Of a DNA stretch of 64,000 nt, positions 39,994 to 51,327 are shown piece after piece (position 1 is the first letter of the stretch; the number at the start of each line of letters is the position of its first letter). A program made the translations under genes and the position numbers. The notes under the pieces were generated by a model that was not told where the DNA came from, ran no database searches, and worked only from the letters and a program-made list of their open reading frames with translations. The DNA comes from Nanobdellota archaeon (GTDB lineage: Archaea; Nanobdellota; Nanobdellia; Parvarchaeales; Parvarchaeaceae): positions 1,111-65,110 of the forward strand of contig JAJZIX010000003.1 of the NCBI GenBank assembly GCA_021810345.1, read 5' to 3'.

Positions 39994-41754
39994 ATGGGAG
40001 GCAGGATAGTAAGTGTGTCTGGTTCGGTCATAATCGCGGACGACTTGGAGAACGCGAAGATGAATGACATTATACTCGTTGGAGATAATGGCCTTATCGG
40101 CGAGATAATAAAGATGGACGGCAGCAGGGCTATAGCACAGGTCTATGAGGATACGAGCGGGTTAAGACTAGGAGAGAAAGTAATCAATACTGGTAATCCG
40201 CTCTCCGTTGAACTTGCGCCGGGTTTGATAGGCTCGATATTCGACGGAGTCCAAAGGCCATTGGACCTTATAATGAAAAAGGAGGGGGTTTTCATAAAAA
40301 GCGGCATCAAGATGAACGCAATAGACCGCACCAAAAAATGGCATTTCAAGCCCAAAGCAAACGCTGATGATGATGTAGAGGCTGGTCAAGAGATAGGCGA
40401 AGTAAAGGAGAGCAGCCTTGTAAAGCATAAGATACTTGTACCACCGGGATCCAAAGGCAAAATCAAAAAAATAGCAGATGAAGGAGATTATACGGTTGAG
40501 GATGTGATAGCTGTTTTGGAAGATAACGGCAAAAAAACTGAGATAAAGATGCTCACAAAGTGGCCAGTCAGGGTAAGCAGGCCCGTAAAGGAAAAGCTGC
40601 CACCAATGATACCGCTGCTGACAGGGCAGAGGGTAATCGACACTTTCTTCCCCGTAGCGATGGGTGGTTCAGCTGCAATCCCCGGACCATTTGGAGCGGG
40701 AAAAACAGTCATCTCGCATCAGCTTGCGAAATGGTCTGACGCTGATATTATAGTCTATTGCGGGGCAGGTGAAAGAGGAAATGAAATGACGGAGATACTC
40801 ACGACTTTTCCCGAGCTAAAGGATCAAAAAAGCGGAAAGCCGCTTATGGACAGAACGGTTCTGATAGCAAACACATCAAACATGCCAGTAGCGGCCAGGG
40901 AAGCAAGCGTGTACACTGCGGTGACTATAGCTGAATATTACAGAGACATGGGGTACAATGTTGCGCTAATGGCGGACAGTACGTCTAGATGGGCTGAAGC
41001 GCTAAGGGAGATATCCGGTCGCCTTGAGGAAATGCCTGGTGAGGAGGGGTATCCTGCCTATCTCGCAAGAAGGATAGGTGAGTTCTATGAAAGAGCAGGG
41101 ATGGTGAAGCTGCCGGGCGGCAAGACAGGGTCGGTCACGGTGATAGGGGCGGTTTCGCCGGCAGGCGGAGATATATCCGAGCCCGTTTCACAGAGCACCC
41201 TTAGAGTTGTCAGGGTTTTTTGGGCGCTGGATGCAGCTCTAGCGAATGCAAGGCACTTCCCGTCAATAAACTGGCTAAATAGCTACTCATTGTATACTGA
41301 CAATCTGGACCAGTGGTACAGAAAAAACATAGATAACGACTGGCCAGACTTGAGGGAGAAGATGATGTCGCTCCTACAAAAAGAGGCCGAGATAAATGAG
41401 ATAGCGCAGCTCGTCGGATACGACGCACTCCCAGAAAAGGACAAACTTGTGTTAGACGTGGCTAAGATAATTAGGGAGGATTACCTGCAGCAGAATGCTT
41501 TTGATGATATAGATACTTACTCCTCAACAAACAAAGAGCATATCATGCTTGAGATAATACAGCTATTATACTCCACAGAGGAAAAAATGATGGACCAGGG
41601 AGTTACCCTTGACAAGATAGATAATAAAGACATAAAGCAGCTGATAGCCAGGATAAGGTACACAAAGGAAGACGAAGTAAGCTCCCTCTCCAAGGACATA
41701 GAAAATAAAATCGCCAGAATTGGCAAAAAAGGTGCATTACATGGTAAAAGTTGA
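39994..41754 (+). CDS. atpA: A/V-type ATP synthase subunit A
   Basis: [35 protein letters not shown]; no intein. Confidence 0.98.
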   Translation: MGGRIVSVSGSVIIADDLENAKMNDIILVGDNGLIGEIIKMDGSRAIAQVYEDTSGLRLGEKVINTGNPLSVELAPGLIGSIFDGVQRPLDLIMKKEGVFIKSGIKMNAIDRTKKWHFKPKANADDDVEAGQEIGEVKESSLVKHKILVPPGSKGKIKKIADEGDYTVEDVIAVLEDNGKKTEIKMLTKWPVRVSRPVKEKLPPMIPLLTGQRVIDTFFPVAMGGSAAIPGPFGAGKTVISHQLAKWSDADIIVYCGAGERGNEMTEILTTFPELKDQKSGKPLMDRTVLIANTSNMPVAAREASVYTAVTIAEYYRDMGYNVALMADSTSRWAEALREISGRLEEMPGEEGYPAYLARRIGEFYERAGMVKLPGGKTGSVTVIGAVSPAGGDISEPVSQSTLRVVRVFWALDAALANARHFPSINWLNSYSLYTDNLDQWYRKNIDNDWPDLREKMMSLLQKEAEINEIAQLVGYDALPEKDKLVLDVAKIIREDYLQQNAFDDIDTYSSTNKEHIMLEIIQLLYSTEEKMMDQGVTLDKIDNKDIKQLIARIRYTKEDEVSSLSKDIENKIARIGKKGALHGKS

Positions 41755-43117
41755 ATACAAAACCGTGCAGACAGTGACCAACGTGCTACTTTTCCTTAAT
41801 GGGGTTAAGGAAGCCTCTTATGGGGAGCTTGCGGAAATAGAGCTGGACGATGGCAGAAGGCTCAACGGGCAGGTGCTTTCTACGAATGAAGAAGTCACGG
41901 TACTACAGGTGTTTGGAGAGACTTCTGGCATGGACACAAAGAACACAAAAGTCAAATTTAGTGGCACTACATTCAAGTTCCCGGTAAGCGATGAGATCGT
42001 AGGGAGGGTATTCGATGGGATGGGCAGGCCAAGGGATGATGGTGCACCAGTATATAGCGACGACAAAAGGGACATAAACGGCAGCCCTATAAACCCATAC
42101 GCAAGGGAGGAACCCTCCGAATTCATACAAACTGGTATATCTGCAATAGACGGTATGAACACACTTGTGAGGGGGCAAAAGCTACCTATATTCTCCGGCT
42201 CTGGACTTGCGCACAACAAGCTTGCGGCGCAGATAGTCGAGCAATCAAAAGTCCTATCAAAGAAGGAGAATTTCTACATAGTTTTCGGAGGGATAGGCAT
42301 AAACAGTGAGGACGCAAACTTCTTCATGGGCCAGTTCAAAAACAGTGGTGCAATGGATAGATCTGTCGTATTTCTAAATCTTGCTGCCGAGCCGTCGATG
42401 GAAAGAATAATACTGCCAAGGCTTGCGCTCACAGCGGCCGAGTATCTTGCATTCGATAAAGGGGCGCATGTCATTGTTATCCTGCTTGATATGACGAACT
42501 ACTGTGAGGCTTTAAGGGAGATCTCTGCCGCACGTGACGAAGTCCCTGGGAGAAGAGGATACCCTGGTTACATGTACAGCGACCTGGCCAGTATATTCGA
42601 GAGGGCCGGTAAGATCAAGGGTAAAGTGGGCTCAATTACACAGATACCGGTTCTGACCATGCCAAGCGACGATATAACACATCCAATACCTGACCTGACC
42701 GGATATATAACTGAAGGGCAAATAGTCATAAGCAGGTCGCTTGACAAAGTAGGGATTTACCCTTCAATTGACGTGCTTGTCTCGCTCTCAAGGCTTATGA
42801 ACCAAGGGATAGGAAAAGACCAGACCAGGGAGGACCATAAAAGCCTGTCCGACCAGCTTTATGCCGCTTATGCACAGGGAAAGCAAGTAAGGAGCCTGAT
42901 AGAGATAGTGGGTGAAGACGCGTTGAGTGATTCCGACAAGAAGTACCTTAAATTCGCGGATGAATTTGAAAGGAGATTCATAAACCAGGACTTCTCCGAA
43001 AACAGAAAAATAAACGAAACGCTCGACATCGGATGGGATCTGCTGAGCATACTAGACAAATCCGAAATGAAGAGGATAAAACCAGAGTTGATAGAGAAGT
43101 ACGGCAAATGGAAATAA
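41741..43117 (+). CDS. atpB: A/V-type ATP synthase subunit B
   Basis: [52 protein letters not shown]; ATG at 41741. Confidence 0.98.
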   Translation: MVKVEYKTVQTVTNVLLFLNGVKEASYGELAEIELDDGRRLNGQVLSTNEEVTVLQVFGETSGMDTKNTKVKFSGTTFKFPVSDEIVGRVFDGMGRPRDDGAPVYSDDKRDINGSPINPYAREEPSEFIQTGISAIDGMNTLVRGQKLPIFSGSGLAHNKLAAQIVEQSKVLSKKENFYIVFGGIGINSEDANFFMGQFKNSGAMDRSVVFLNLAAEPSMERIILPRLALTAAEYLAFDKGAHVIVILLDMTNYCEALREISAARDEVPGRRGYPGYMYSDLASIFERAGKIKGKVGSITQIPVLTMPSDDITHPIPDLTGYITEGQIVISRSLDKVGIYPSIDVLVSLSRLMNQGIGKDQTREDHKSLSDQLYAAYAQGKQVRSLIEIVGEDALSDSDKKYLKFADEFERRFINQDFSENRKINETLDIGWDLLSILDKSEMKRIKPELIEKYGKWK

Positions 43118-43722
43118 ACATTAGAGTTACCAGAAGGGAGCTGATACAGACAAAAAGCAGGATAAAGACAGCAAAGCGAGGACTGGAGCTGCTTAAGTTG
43201 AAAAGATCTTCGCTGATACTGGAATTCTTCAACTTAGTGAGAAAAACGGAAAAGATAAAAAGCGGCCTCAAAGACCTGCTTATAAGGGGGGCAGAAGCCA
43301 TAAAGGTTGCAGATGCTGTCAGCGGCCGCATAACCGTAGAGCGAATAGCGGAGGAACAGGGCGAAAAGACTGCAGTTGTAAGCGGAAAGAACGTTATGGG
43401 GTTAATTATCCCCAATGTGGAAATTGATACAAGCAAGTCCTCCCCTTCTGAAACAGAAATCCTTACGATACCAACATCGGTTTACGACGCTAAAAATATC
43501 TACTCCAAGCTGCTAACGGCAATCTTGGAGGTATCAGAGAGGGAGATGGTAATAAGAAAGGTTTTAAAGGAGATCTACAAGCTCAACCGCAGGACCAACG
43601 CCCTCGAGAATTATATAATTCCTGCCTGGGAATCAAAGGTCAAGTACATAAAGCAGAGCCTTGACGATATGGAGAGAGATAGACTGATCTCCATAAAATT
43701 CATAAAGAATCTCATTTCATAA
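43108..43722 (+). CDS. atpD: A/V-type ATP synthase subunit D
   Basis: [35 protein letters not shown]; ATG at 43108. Confidence 0.95.
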   Translation: MEINIRVTRRELIQTKSRIKTAKRGLELLKLKRSSLILEFFNLVRKTEKIKSGLKDLLIRGAEAIKVADAVSGRITVERIAEEQGEKTAVVSGKNVMGLIIPNVEIDTSKSSPSETEILTIPTSVYDAKNIYSKLLTAILEVSEREMVIRKVLKEIYKLNRRTNALENYIIPAWESKVKYIKQSLDDMERDRLISIKFIKNLIS

Positions 43723-43723
43723 T

Positions 43724-44041
43724 ATGGCGCAGCTAGACAATCTTCAGAAGATAAAGAGGGCAGAGGAAGAGTCCAATGAAAGGATAGAGCTTGCTAACAA
43801 AAAAGGCGAGGAAATGCTTAAAGAGGCGCAGGCGAAATCACTCCAGATAGTTGCGAAAGCAAGGCAGCAGGCAAGTGCCCTAAGGGAAAGCGCGCTAAAG
43901 GATCTGGATGCCTCCACAAAAAAACTAGAAGACAAGCTGCTGGATGAAGCTCGCTCCAAGGCCGCACGAATAAAGCCATTAGACAAAAAAGATCTTCTGG
44001 TTATATTTGAAAGTGTCCTAAAGGAGGAATTCAAGATATGA
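43724..44041 (+). CDS. atpH: A/V-type ATP synthase subunit H (G)
   Basis: LQKIKRAEEE charged coiled coil located between D and I. Confidence 0.8.
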   Translation: MAQLDNLQKIKRAEEESNERIELANKKGEEMLKEAQAKSLQIVAKARQQASALRESALKDLDASTKKLEDKLLDEARSKAARIKPLDKKDLLVIFESVLKEEFKI

Positions 44042-45981
44042 TGCTGATGCCCAGCAAGATGGTCAGGATCAGGTTCACGATACCAAAAGCCTGCTATGAT
44101 GAGACCGTGACATTCCTGGGGGAATCTTCTATCATGCAGCTGGAGGAGCTTCCAGACAAAGTAAAAGAGATGTTTTTGGATTATAATGTAGATGATTATG
44201 AAAAAATAAATTCCTACCTGCAGCGCATGCGCAGCCTAAGATCAATTCTGCCTGCCGCAAAAAGCGGCACTGTGCAGGAATTTAAGAGCAATAGACAGGC
44301 ATTCAGGTCAGCAGATAGCATAAAGATAGATGAAACCGTCGCCAAGATAAAGAAGGAGCAGGAAGAGATACTATCAGAGATAAAGGATGCACGCTCGGAG
44401 CTAGAAATTATAAGGACTGTATCAGACTTGAGAGGAAACCTTAATGTACTAAATACATCTTACACGGACTCCTTCATTGCGACTGGCAGTAGATTCGATG
44501 ATTTCGCAAGCTACATAAAGGGGAAGACTGACGCAGACACAATAAAGCTATCAAAATGCGGGATCGTGACGGTGCCAAAAGCAAGTGAAGGCCAGCTTGC
44601 CGGCGCAGCAAGCGCCTACGGCATAAGCTTGAACAAACTACCTGTTTTCCACGGAGATGCTGCATCAGAATCGACCAGGATAAAAAAGAGGATAAAGCAT
44701 TTGGAGATCTCAAACAGAAATGCACAGAAAAGGCTGGCATCCATATCAAAGGAATATTATAACAAAATATCTGCGCTTGAGGAATATCTCGATATAGAGG
44801 CACAGAAAGCCTCGCTAGTCACCAGAGTAAAGGGCAGTGAGTACCTTGTGATCTTAGAAGGCTGGATGGAGCAAAAAAACCTGGACAGGGTCAAAGAAAG
44901 GCTAAATAAGATTTCCAAGGGCGCATTTCTCGCCGAAGAGATTGAGAACGCTGGACTAGCACCGACTCAGATGCAGAACCCAGTCACTTTTAAGCTGTAT
45001 GAGTTCTTCATAAAGTTCTACTCACTTCCAAAAAGCAATGAGATAGATCCTACCATCCTTTTTGGTATAGCTTTCCCGATATTCTTCGGCTTCATGGTTG
45101 GAGACTTTGGTTACGGCGCGATAATGCTTGGACTGGCTCTGTGGCTTGTACACAGAATAAACCATCCGCCAAAAAGAAGCAGGATTCCTAGAAGCATAAG
45201 CCGGTTCATAAGAACTATAATGAGCAAGAGAAGCCTGCTGATGATCGCCAAAGTTATAATACCGGGATCAATAATAGCAATGTTCTTGGGTGTGATATTC
45301 AACAAATACTTGGGCTTTTCACTGCCTTATCCTACATTGTTCAACCTGACAGAGAACGTTGGAACGCTACTACTCATCTCCGGATGGATCGGAGTCGGTA
45401 TGGTTTCATTCGGTTTTTTCCTTGGAGCACTCAACAAGCTTTACGTCAAAGATATAAAAGGTATGATCGGGCGAATAGGCTGGATACTTGCGGCTTGGGG
45501 CATAGTTATACTGGGCCTGGCTGTGCTAAACAAAGAGAGCATTGGCCCCTCAAACATCTCTGCGTTGGCAAGCTATGCGCTGCTGATAGTTGGCATCGGC
45601 CTGATTCTAAAATCAGAAGGTGGCCAGGCGCTGATGGAGGTGCCTTCTGTCGTCAGTCATATGCTGTCGTACACTAGGCTTGTCGGGATACTGCTGGCAT
45701 CGGTGATATTAGCACAGGTTATAAACCTGATATTTGTGTCCAGCCTTAGCAGTTCAATTTTCGTGATATTCGCTGGGGTAGCTATACTGGTATTGGGCCA
45801 GATTTTCAATATAGTAATAGCACTGTTCGAAGCTGGGATACAAGGGGCAAGGCTGATATATGTAGAATTTTTCTCAAAGTTCCTGAGCGGAAATGGGAAC
45901 CAGTTCAACCCGTTCAGGATCAAGCGTCACGCCTTCCAGCAGGAAAATTCATCAAAGGCAGCACCAACCACGCCGAAATAA
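44038..45981 (+). CDS. atpI: A/V-type ATP synthase subunit I (a)
   Basis: EIDPT..FPIFFGFMVGDFGYG, SHMLSYTRL (essential Arg), RLIYVEFFSKF. Confidence 0.96.
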   Translation: MMLMPSKMVRIRFTIPKACYDETVTFLGESSIMQLEELPDKVKEMFLDYNVDDYEKINSYLQRMRSLRSILPAAKSGTVQEFKSNRQAFRSADSIKIDETVAKIKKEQEEILSEIKDARSELEIIRTVSDLRGNLNVLNTSYTDSFIATGSRFDDFASYIKGKTDADTIKLSKCGIVTVPKASEGQLAGAASAYGISLNKLPVFHGDAASESTRIKKRIKHLEISNRNAQKRLASISKEYYNKISALEEYLDIEAQKASLVTRVKGSEYLVILEGWMEQKNLDRVKERLNKISKGAFLAEEIENAGLAPTQMQNPVTFKLYEFFIKFYSLPKSNEIDPTILFGIAFPIFFGFMVGDFGYGAIMLGLALWLVHRINHPPKRSRIPRSISRFIRTIMSKRSLLMIAKVIIPGSIIAMFLGVIFNKYLGFSLPYPTLFNLTENVGTLLLISGWIGVGMVSFGFFLGALNKLYVKDIKGMIGRIGWILAAWGIVILGLAVLNKESIGPSNISALASYALLIVGIGLILKSEGGQALMEVPSVVSHMLSYTRLVGILLASVILAQVINLIFVSSLSSSIFVIFAGVAILVLGQIFNIVIALFEAGIQGARLIYVEFFSKFLSGNGNQFNPFRIKRHAFQQENSSKAAPTTPK

Positions 45982-46012
45982 TATATAAATCCGCAGCCAG
46001 AGTACATAAAAT

Positions 46013-47740
46013 ATGAGATTCTACGAGCTAAGCGAGTATTTCTCAAAGCTTGAGAGTACCACAAAAAGACTGGAGATGTTCGATATACTATCGGAGGCTT
46101 TCTCCAAGTCAAGCGGCGATGAAATCGCAAAGGTTGTCTATTTAATGGAGGGGGAGCTTCTCCCTGCGTTCTTTGGGGTGCAATTCGGAGTAGCCGACAA
46201 AATGGTAGAGAAAGCAATAGCCGAAGCCTACGGCCCAGATACCAAAAAAGTAGAATCTGAGTACAAAAAGTTGGGGGATCTCGGTAAGGTCGCAGAGAAT
46301 GAGAACAAAAACGGCAGCGGCTCTAGTCTTACAGTATCAGAGGTGTACAATGAACTGTTTTCAATAACAAAAATATCTGGTGAAGGCAGTGTGGAAGCGA
46401 AGATAACTGCCTTGTCAAATATCTTCAAAAAAGCATCCAAGCTTGAGTCTAGGTACATAGCGAGATTTGTCCTTGGGAGATTAAGACTCGGAGTCGGCGA
46501 GGCAACAATAATGGAGGCACTTTCAAAGGCGAAGACGGGCAAACGCGAATTTAAGAAGGAACTCGAGAAAGCATTCAATTTCTGCTCTGATTTGGGATAC
46601 GTGGCAGAGGTTTTCTACAAAAACGGTGAGGAAAGCATAAAAAGATTTAAAGTCCAGGTAATGAGGCCTATCCGACCGGCCCTTGCAGAAAGGCTCAGCT
46701 CTGCAAAGGAAATAATAGAGAAACTAGGCAAATGCGCCCTCGACCAGAAATTCGACGGCTTTAGGGCACAGGTTCATAAAAAAGGAAGCGAAGTGAAAGT
46801 CTTTTCCAGGAACTTAGAGGACATAACAAACTTCATGCCTGAGATAGTAGCAGAAATAAGAAAAATAAAGCATGACAGGATAATATTCGACAGTGAATCA
46901 TTGACGTATGATGAGGATACAAACACGCTTTACCCCTTCCAGATAACCATACAGAGAAAAAGAAAGCACAATGTCCTTGAAACATCGGAGAAATACCCGC
47001 TTAGGCTATTTGTATTCGATATAATGCTTTTGGATGACGAAAGCCTTGTGGACAAGCCATACATAGAGCGTAGGAAGATAATAGAGAAGCTGTTTCCAGA
47101 GGATGCAATAATATCCAGATCGAAGATAATAATAACCGACAGCGAGAAAGAATTTGAAAAATTCTTTGATGATACAGTAAGCAGCGGCCTTGAAGGAGTC
47201 GTGGCTAAAAGACTTGACGGACACTACGCTGCAGGCGCAAGGAACTTCAACTGGATAAAGATCAAAAGATCGTACAAATCAAGACTGAATGATACCATTG
47301 ATCTGGTGATACTAGGCTACTTCAAAGGCAGAGGAGCAAGAGCAGACCTTGGCATTGGAGCTGTTTTGGCGGGAGTATACGACGATAAAGACGACAGCTT
47401 TAAGACAATCTCTAAAGTGGGTTCAGGCTTTTCAGAAGAACAGTTCAGATCTCTAAAGAAAATGCTTGATGATATAAAGGTAGACCATAAGCCTGCCCGG
47501 GTGGATTCAATAATGGTGCCAGATATCTGGGCCGAGCCTAAGTATGTTATAACCGTGAAAGCGGATGAGATAACTCGTAGCCCTATGCACACCGCCGGAA
47601 TGGAAAATGAAGTCGGGTACGCTTTGAGGTTCCCACGTGCCGTTTCATTTATAAGGGAAGACAAGAACGCGAACGATGCCAACACGGTAAAAGAAATAGA
47701 AGAGATGTTCAAGGAACAGAAGAATCTAAAAGTAAGCTAA
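46013..47740 (+). CDS. lig: ATP-dependent DNA ligase
   Basis: LRLGVGE, PALAERL, motif I KFDGFRAQVH, EGVVAK, WIKIK, LRFPR. Confidence 0.97.
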   Translation: MRFYELSEYFSKLESTTKRLEMFDILSEAFSKSSGDEIAKVVYLMEGELLPAFFGVQFGVADKMVEKAIAEAYGPDTKKVESEYKKLGDLGKVAENENKNGSGSSLTVSEVYNELFSITKISGEGSVEAKITALSNIFKKASKLESRYIARFVLGRLRLGVGEATIMEALSKAKTGKREFKKELEKAFNFCSDLGYVAEVFYKNGEESIKRFKVQVMRPIRPALAERLSSAKEIIEKLGKCALDQKFDGFRAQVHKKGSEVKVFSRNLEDITNFMPEIVAEIRKIKHDRIIFDSESLTYDEDTNTLYPFQITIQRKRKHNVLETSEKYPLRLFVFDIMLLDDESLVDKPYIERRKIIEKLFPEDAIISRSKIIITDSEKEFEKFFDDTVSSGLEGVVAKRLDGHYAAGARNFNWIKIKRSYKSRLNDTIDLVILGYFKGRGARADLGIGAVLAGVYDDKDDSFKTISKVGSGFSEEQFRSLKKMLDDIKVDHKPARVDSIMVPDIWAEPKYVITVKADEITRSPMHTAGMENEVGYALRFPRAVSFIREDKNANDANTVKEIEEMFKEQKNLKVS

Positions 47741-47760
47741 GTAGATTAAAAACCATCAGA

Positions 47761-48930
47761 TTATTTGTAGTTGCTGGTGAAGAAGGCCCCATCATCAACT
47801 AAATTAAACCCATGGCCACTGTAATCTTTCAAAGTCCCATTAAGTGGCCAAAATGCAACCAATCCATTCGAAATAAGCGGGCCGCCGGTTATACCTTCAT
47901 TATAAATACTCATTAATTCCGGGGCAGATAGGGAAGAGTTATAAAGCTGCAAGTCAGTCAGATCTCCTATTAATCCAAAATCGGAGCAGTAGAAGGAGGC
48001 GCCAACTACTATGTATCCATTACTAGATCTTGAATTACCAGAGTCACCAACAACTGACTGAGTCGATCCTAGCTGAAAAAGACCATAAGTACTATTTATA
48101 GACGCGGCAAAGAAGTACCAGCTGTTATTGAAAACGTTTACGGAGAAAGAATTTGAGTGTATATCATTATAACAAGTATGTATTACTTCTTGCGGTGACG
48201 GTGGAGTAAATATGAACGCAGCATAACGACCATAGAGACCAAAGGAAAATAGCCCATCCGCCATCCATTGACCTGTATCCCCCGGTCCATTCTCTTTTGG
48301 CATCTTGACCCAGCCAGTTATTGTAAATGTGAAGTTATTTACGTTTGCTAAACCAGTAGAAGCCGGCAGAGTATAAGACATGTAGCTATTGTCGTTAGAT
48401 GCTGATGCTGAGATATTATATGGAGCTGCAAAGCTAGCAACAAATGGTTGTAATATTGTAGAAGTAGTAGTCCCTGCTACTGTTCCAGTGGATTGATAAG
48501 GCCCAGAGAAAACCTGGCCGGGCTCTGTGTAGTTTACCGTCACGGCCAGAGAATAGCGCGAGCCCGCTGCCGGACAGACGTTTGGAACTGAGAATATATA
48601 ACTCGAAGTAGGCTGGATTATCGGATTTGGGTCCACGGTTGAATTTGGCTTGAATGTGGATATTTGACCGGTGGAGGATTTTGCTGTGACGCTGGTGATA
48701 TTTATTAGGTAACCCGTCGAGTCACCTAAACTTATCCTCAATACCCCGTTGGCTGTGCACTCTCCCGTTACACTGCCTAAATTGGAGAAACCGGTTACTG
48801 TTGAGGACAATGAGGATGCCGGAGAAAATATCCCTAGACTGTACAATACACCTGCGACTATCACAATGACCAGTATAGCCCAGCCATACGTCATCATGTA
48901 CTCTAATGCTGATTGCGACTTTATTGACAT
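47761..48930 (-). CDS. DPANN-type pilin with a C-terminal LamG/concanavalin-like domain
   Basis: MSIKS/QSALEYMMTYGWAILVIVIVAGVLYSLGIF class III peptide; C-terminal FTITGWV...WYFFA...GDLTDLQLYNSSLS...LVAFWPLNG..KDYSG. Confidence 0.85.
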   Translation of the reverse strand: MSIKSQSALEYMMTYGWAILVIVIVAGVLYSLGIFSPASSLSSTVTGFSNLGSVTGECTANGVLRISLGDSTGYLINITSVTAKSSTGQISTFKPNSTVDPNPIIQPTSSYIFSVPNVCPAAGSRYSLAVTVNYTEPGQVFSGPYQSTGTVAGTTTSTILQPFVASFAAPYNISASASNDNSYMSYTLPASTGLANVNNFTFTITGWVKMPKENGPGDTGQWMADGLFSFGLYGRYAAFIFTPPSPQEVIHTCYNDIHSNSFSVNVFNNSWYFFAASINSTYGLFQLGSTQSVVGDSGNSRSSNGYIVVGASFYCSDFGLIGDLTDLQLYNSSLSAPELMSIYNEGITGGPLISNGLVAFWPLNGTLKDYSGHGFNLVDDGAFFTSNYK

Positions 48931-49001
48931 ACCTGACCTCTTCAATTGGGTTATTACAATTATACAGATTTATTCTATTTAAGACTAATAGCGGAGTCTA
49001 C

Positions 49002-50063
49002 TCATTTTATTATGGGATTAGGTATCTCCTGCTCGGGGTTGGCATTTATGAACAGTATGCTGCTTACACCCGATGTAAGCTCAAGGGAAGTAAACGAGCC
49101 ACCATAAATAGCAAGAAGCGGATCCTGGTTTGAGTTTGAAATTGGGAAAGTCGAACCGCCACAGATTATAGGGGCGCACATTATGCTACCGTTCTTTATG
49201 TATCCACTTTTCACTGCAGGGACGATGTTTTTGCACTGCTGTGATAGTATTGAAAGGCCCGATGAAACGCTTGATATCGGATCGGCCGAAAAGTTAATCT
49301 GGTATTCAACCGCCACACCATTTACGGAAATAACCTGTACGGTTACATTGGAGACGTTAGCCTCACAAGGCGATGTTATGCTACTAGAATGGAACTGCGG
49401 GGTTATTGAATAAGCCCTCTCACAGTTAGCCAGGCCATTGAAATAAACGTTCACTTCGGAGGATGAATTCGCATATTGTATTAAGGAGAAAGTGTACTGT
49501 GTAACGTTTATAGGGGTGGCAGACACCAGTACAAGACTAAGGCTGCCGGATGAGGTATTGGCTTCTATCGCTGGAACTGCCAGCTTATTGATTGGAGAAG
49601 ACGCAGAGAGCTCTGCTGTCGGAGGATTATTCGGGCCCAAGACAAAGTAAGATACACCTGATATTTTCTGAGAGTAATAGTATTGATTGCCTGAGGAGAT
49701 CCCAAGACCAGATGGATTGCTGACTGTGGCGTAACAGAGGTCATAGTTATTTTCCAGGTTTGTACTCACAGGCGTGCTATTTGAGAAAATTGATGGGTTT
49801 GCAGACAAAACCTGATTACACGACGGAGAATCGTAAATTTGGAAAATAAGTGCTGTGGGAGTGTTGAAATTGATGTTTGACATTGTCTGCGGCGCAGTAC
49901 ATGCGCTTTGGGCGGACGAAGTGAATGAGTTATAGAAATCTGCAGACGTTTTCACTGATATGAAAGGAAGCAGCACATATATTATAACCACTATGAGTAT
50001 TATGGCTATCATTACAACCATCCCTATCATCTCGAGCGTATAAGTTACTCCCATATCAACCAA
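49002..50063 (-). CDS. pilin-like secreted protein (Cys-containing)
   Basis: MVDMG/VTYTLEMIGMVVMIAIILIVV N-terminal helix; Ser/Asn-rich exported domain. Confidence 0.7.
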   Translation of the reverse strand: MVDMGVTYTLEMIGMVVMIAIILIVVIIYVLLPFISVKTSADFYNSFTSSAQSACTAPQTMSNINFNTPTALIFQIYDSPSCNQVLSANPSIFSNSTPVSTNLENNYDLCYATVSNPSGLGISSGNQYYYSQKISGVSYFVLGPNNPPTAELSASSPINKLAVPAIEANTSSGSLSLVLVSATPINVTQYTFSLIQYANSSSEVNVYFNGLANCERAYSITPQFHSSSITSPCEANVSNVTVQVISVNGVAVEYQINFSADPISSVSSGLSILSQQCKNIVPAVKSGYIKNGSIMCAPIICGGSTFPISNSNQDPLLAIYGGSFTSLELTSGVSSILFINANPEQEIPNPIIK

Positions 50064-50874
50064 TCGAGAAGCTACACACTATCGACGCGCCACCGTGATA
50101 GACGCAGCTTTGGTATGAAATTTGGCCTGGATTGCCGTATAGGAAGGCCATTGGGTTGGAATAGCATCCATTCGTTGTGCCTGCGCATGAGGGACCGCTA
50201 ACGCTTATGAAATAGGTGCTGTTACCGCTGGCTATAGGGACGCACTGCAAGCTAGTAATGTACGCGGATGGAGTAGACGTGCCATAAGCTGTTACTGCGT
50301 TGAAAAACTCATCACATGACTGGCCCAGTGTTGTGGCGATATCTGCTGGGTTTTCATAATAAGACAGTGTTCCAGCTGATCCATTTATTCCTGCCGCAAG
50401 ATCTGAGGACGGCGAGTTAAGCTGTGCAAAGTTTGTAAACCAGTATGGAAACGAAGCGCCGCCCGGAGTGGAAGGCAGGTAATTCCAGACTGAATCCTGC
50501 TTTATCGCGGAGGGATTATAACTGCCTGAGCACAGAAAGTACTCTCCAGCGAGAGAATTCGGGTTCTGCGGCAGGCTAAGCACGGTTATTCTCGAAAGCT
50601 GATCAAGATAGCTTATGCACTGGCTATTGCCGTAAAATTGCGCCATGAACTGGTCATTCGACAGCGATGGTGAAGCCGGCGCAACCACAAGCGACGACCC
50701 GCTCTTGATTGCCAGACTGACCTGCTCAACGTAGGCGGAAAGGCTCTGCGCTACAGCCTTTACTGAGTGCACACCATATATGAAGATATAAGCTACTATT
50801 ATGACGACAGGAATCAACACAATTATTGTTATGATTATGCCCAGCAAGGCGGTCACGCCTTTCCTGTTTACCAT
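50056..50874 (-). CDS. pilin-like protein (class III signal peptide)
   Basis: MVNRKG/VTALLGIIITIIVLIPVVIIV; paired Cys; overlaps the start of the next gene. Confidence 0.75.
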   Translation of the reverse strand: MVNRKGVTALLGIIITIIVLIPVVIIVAYIFIYGVHSVKAVAQSLSAYVEQVSLAIKSGSSLVVAPASPSLSNDQFMAQFYGNSQCISYLDQLSRITVLSLPQNPNSLAGEYFLCSGSYNPSAIKQDSVWNYLPSTPGGASFPYWFTNFAQLNSPSSDLAAGINGSAGTLSYYENPADIATTLGQSCDEFFNAVTAYGTSTPSAYITSLQCVPIASGNSTYFISVSGPSCAGTTNGCYSNPMAFLYGNPGQISYQSCVYHGGASIVCSFSIG

Positions 50875-50895
50875 TATCTTATATAGAAAATGGGC

Positions 50896-51054
50896 TTATT
50901 TATTCCTTGCCCACTTGAACTTTCTCTGGTCTTTCTTCATTATCATGTAGGTCATGCACCTTCTGCTACAGAAATTATAGACTGTACCGTCGTTCTTCGC
51001 GTACATTATCCCAGTGCCACGCCTTATCTCAGAACCACAAAAGCTGCATTTCAT
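50896..51054 (-). CDS. rpl24e: 50S ribosomal protein L24e
   Basis: Absent from the ORF track (52 aa). My translation: MKCSFCGSEIRRGTGIMYAKNDGTVYNFCSRRCMTYMIMKKDQRKFKWARNK; follows rps28e. Confidence 0.95.
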   Translation of the reverse strand: MKCSFCGSEIRRGTGIMYAKNDGTVYNFCSRRCMTYMIMKKDQRKFKWARNK

Positions 51055-51056
51055 AT

Positions 51057-51323
51057 CTACTTTATCGGAAGAGCCTCCATCTCAGTCTCCCTAAGAACTA
51101 GTATGTCTCCTACCACCGTTGGACCTCTAACGTTCCTTCTTATTATCTTGTCCTTGTCAAACCCCGAGAGGACCTTGCACTTCACTTGCGTGACTTCGCC
51201 AGCTACGCCCTGTCTGCCTACAATCTCGATTACCTCGGCTGGAAAACCTTCCGGGTTCTGAGGCTGAGTTTTTGTAGTCTGCTTGCTGGGAGAGTCCCTC
51301 TTTGGTTTGTTCTGTTGCTGCAT
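51057..51323 (-). CDS. rps28e: 30S ribosomal protein S28e
   Basis: [24 protein letters not shown]...RNVRGP...[10 protein letters not shown]. Confidence 0.96.
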   Translation of the reverse strand: MQQQNKPKRDSPSKQTTKTQPQNPEGFPAEVIEIVGRQGVAGEVTQVKCKVLSGFDKDKIIRRNVRGPTVVGDILVLRETEMEALPIK

Positions 51324-51327
51324 AAAA

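Noticed and set aside
50890-51261. 123-aa plus-strand ORF
   Set aside because: Antisense to rpl24e and rps28e.
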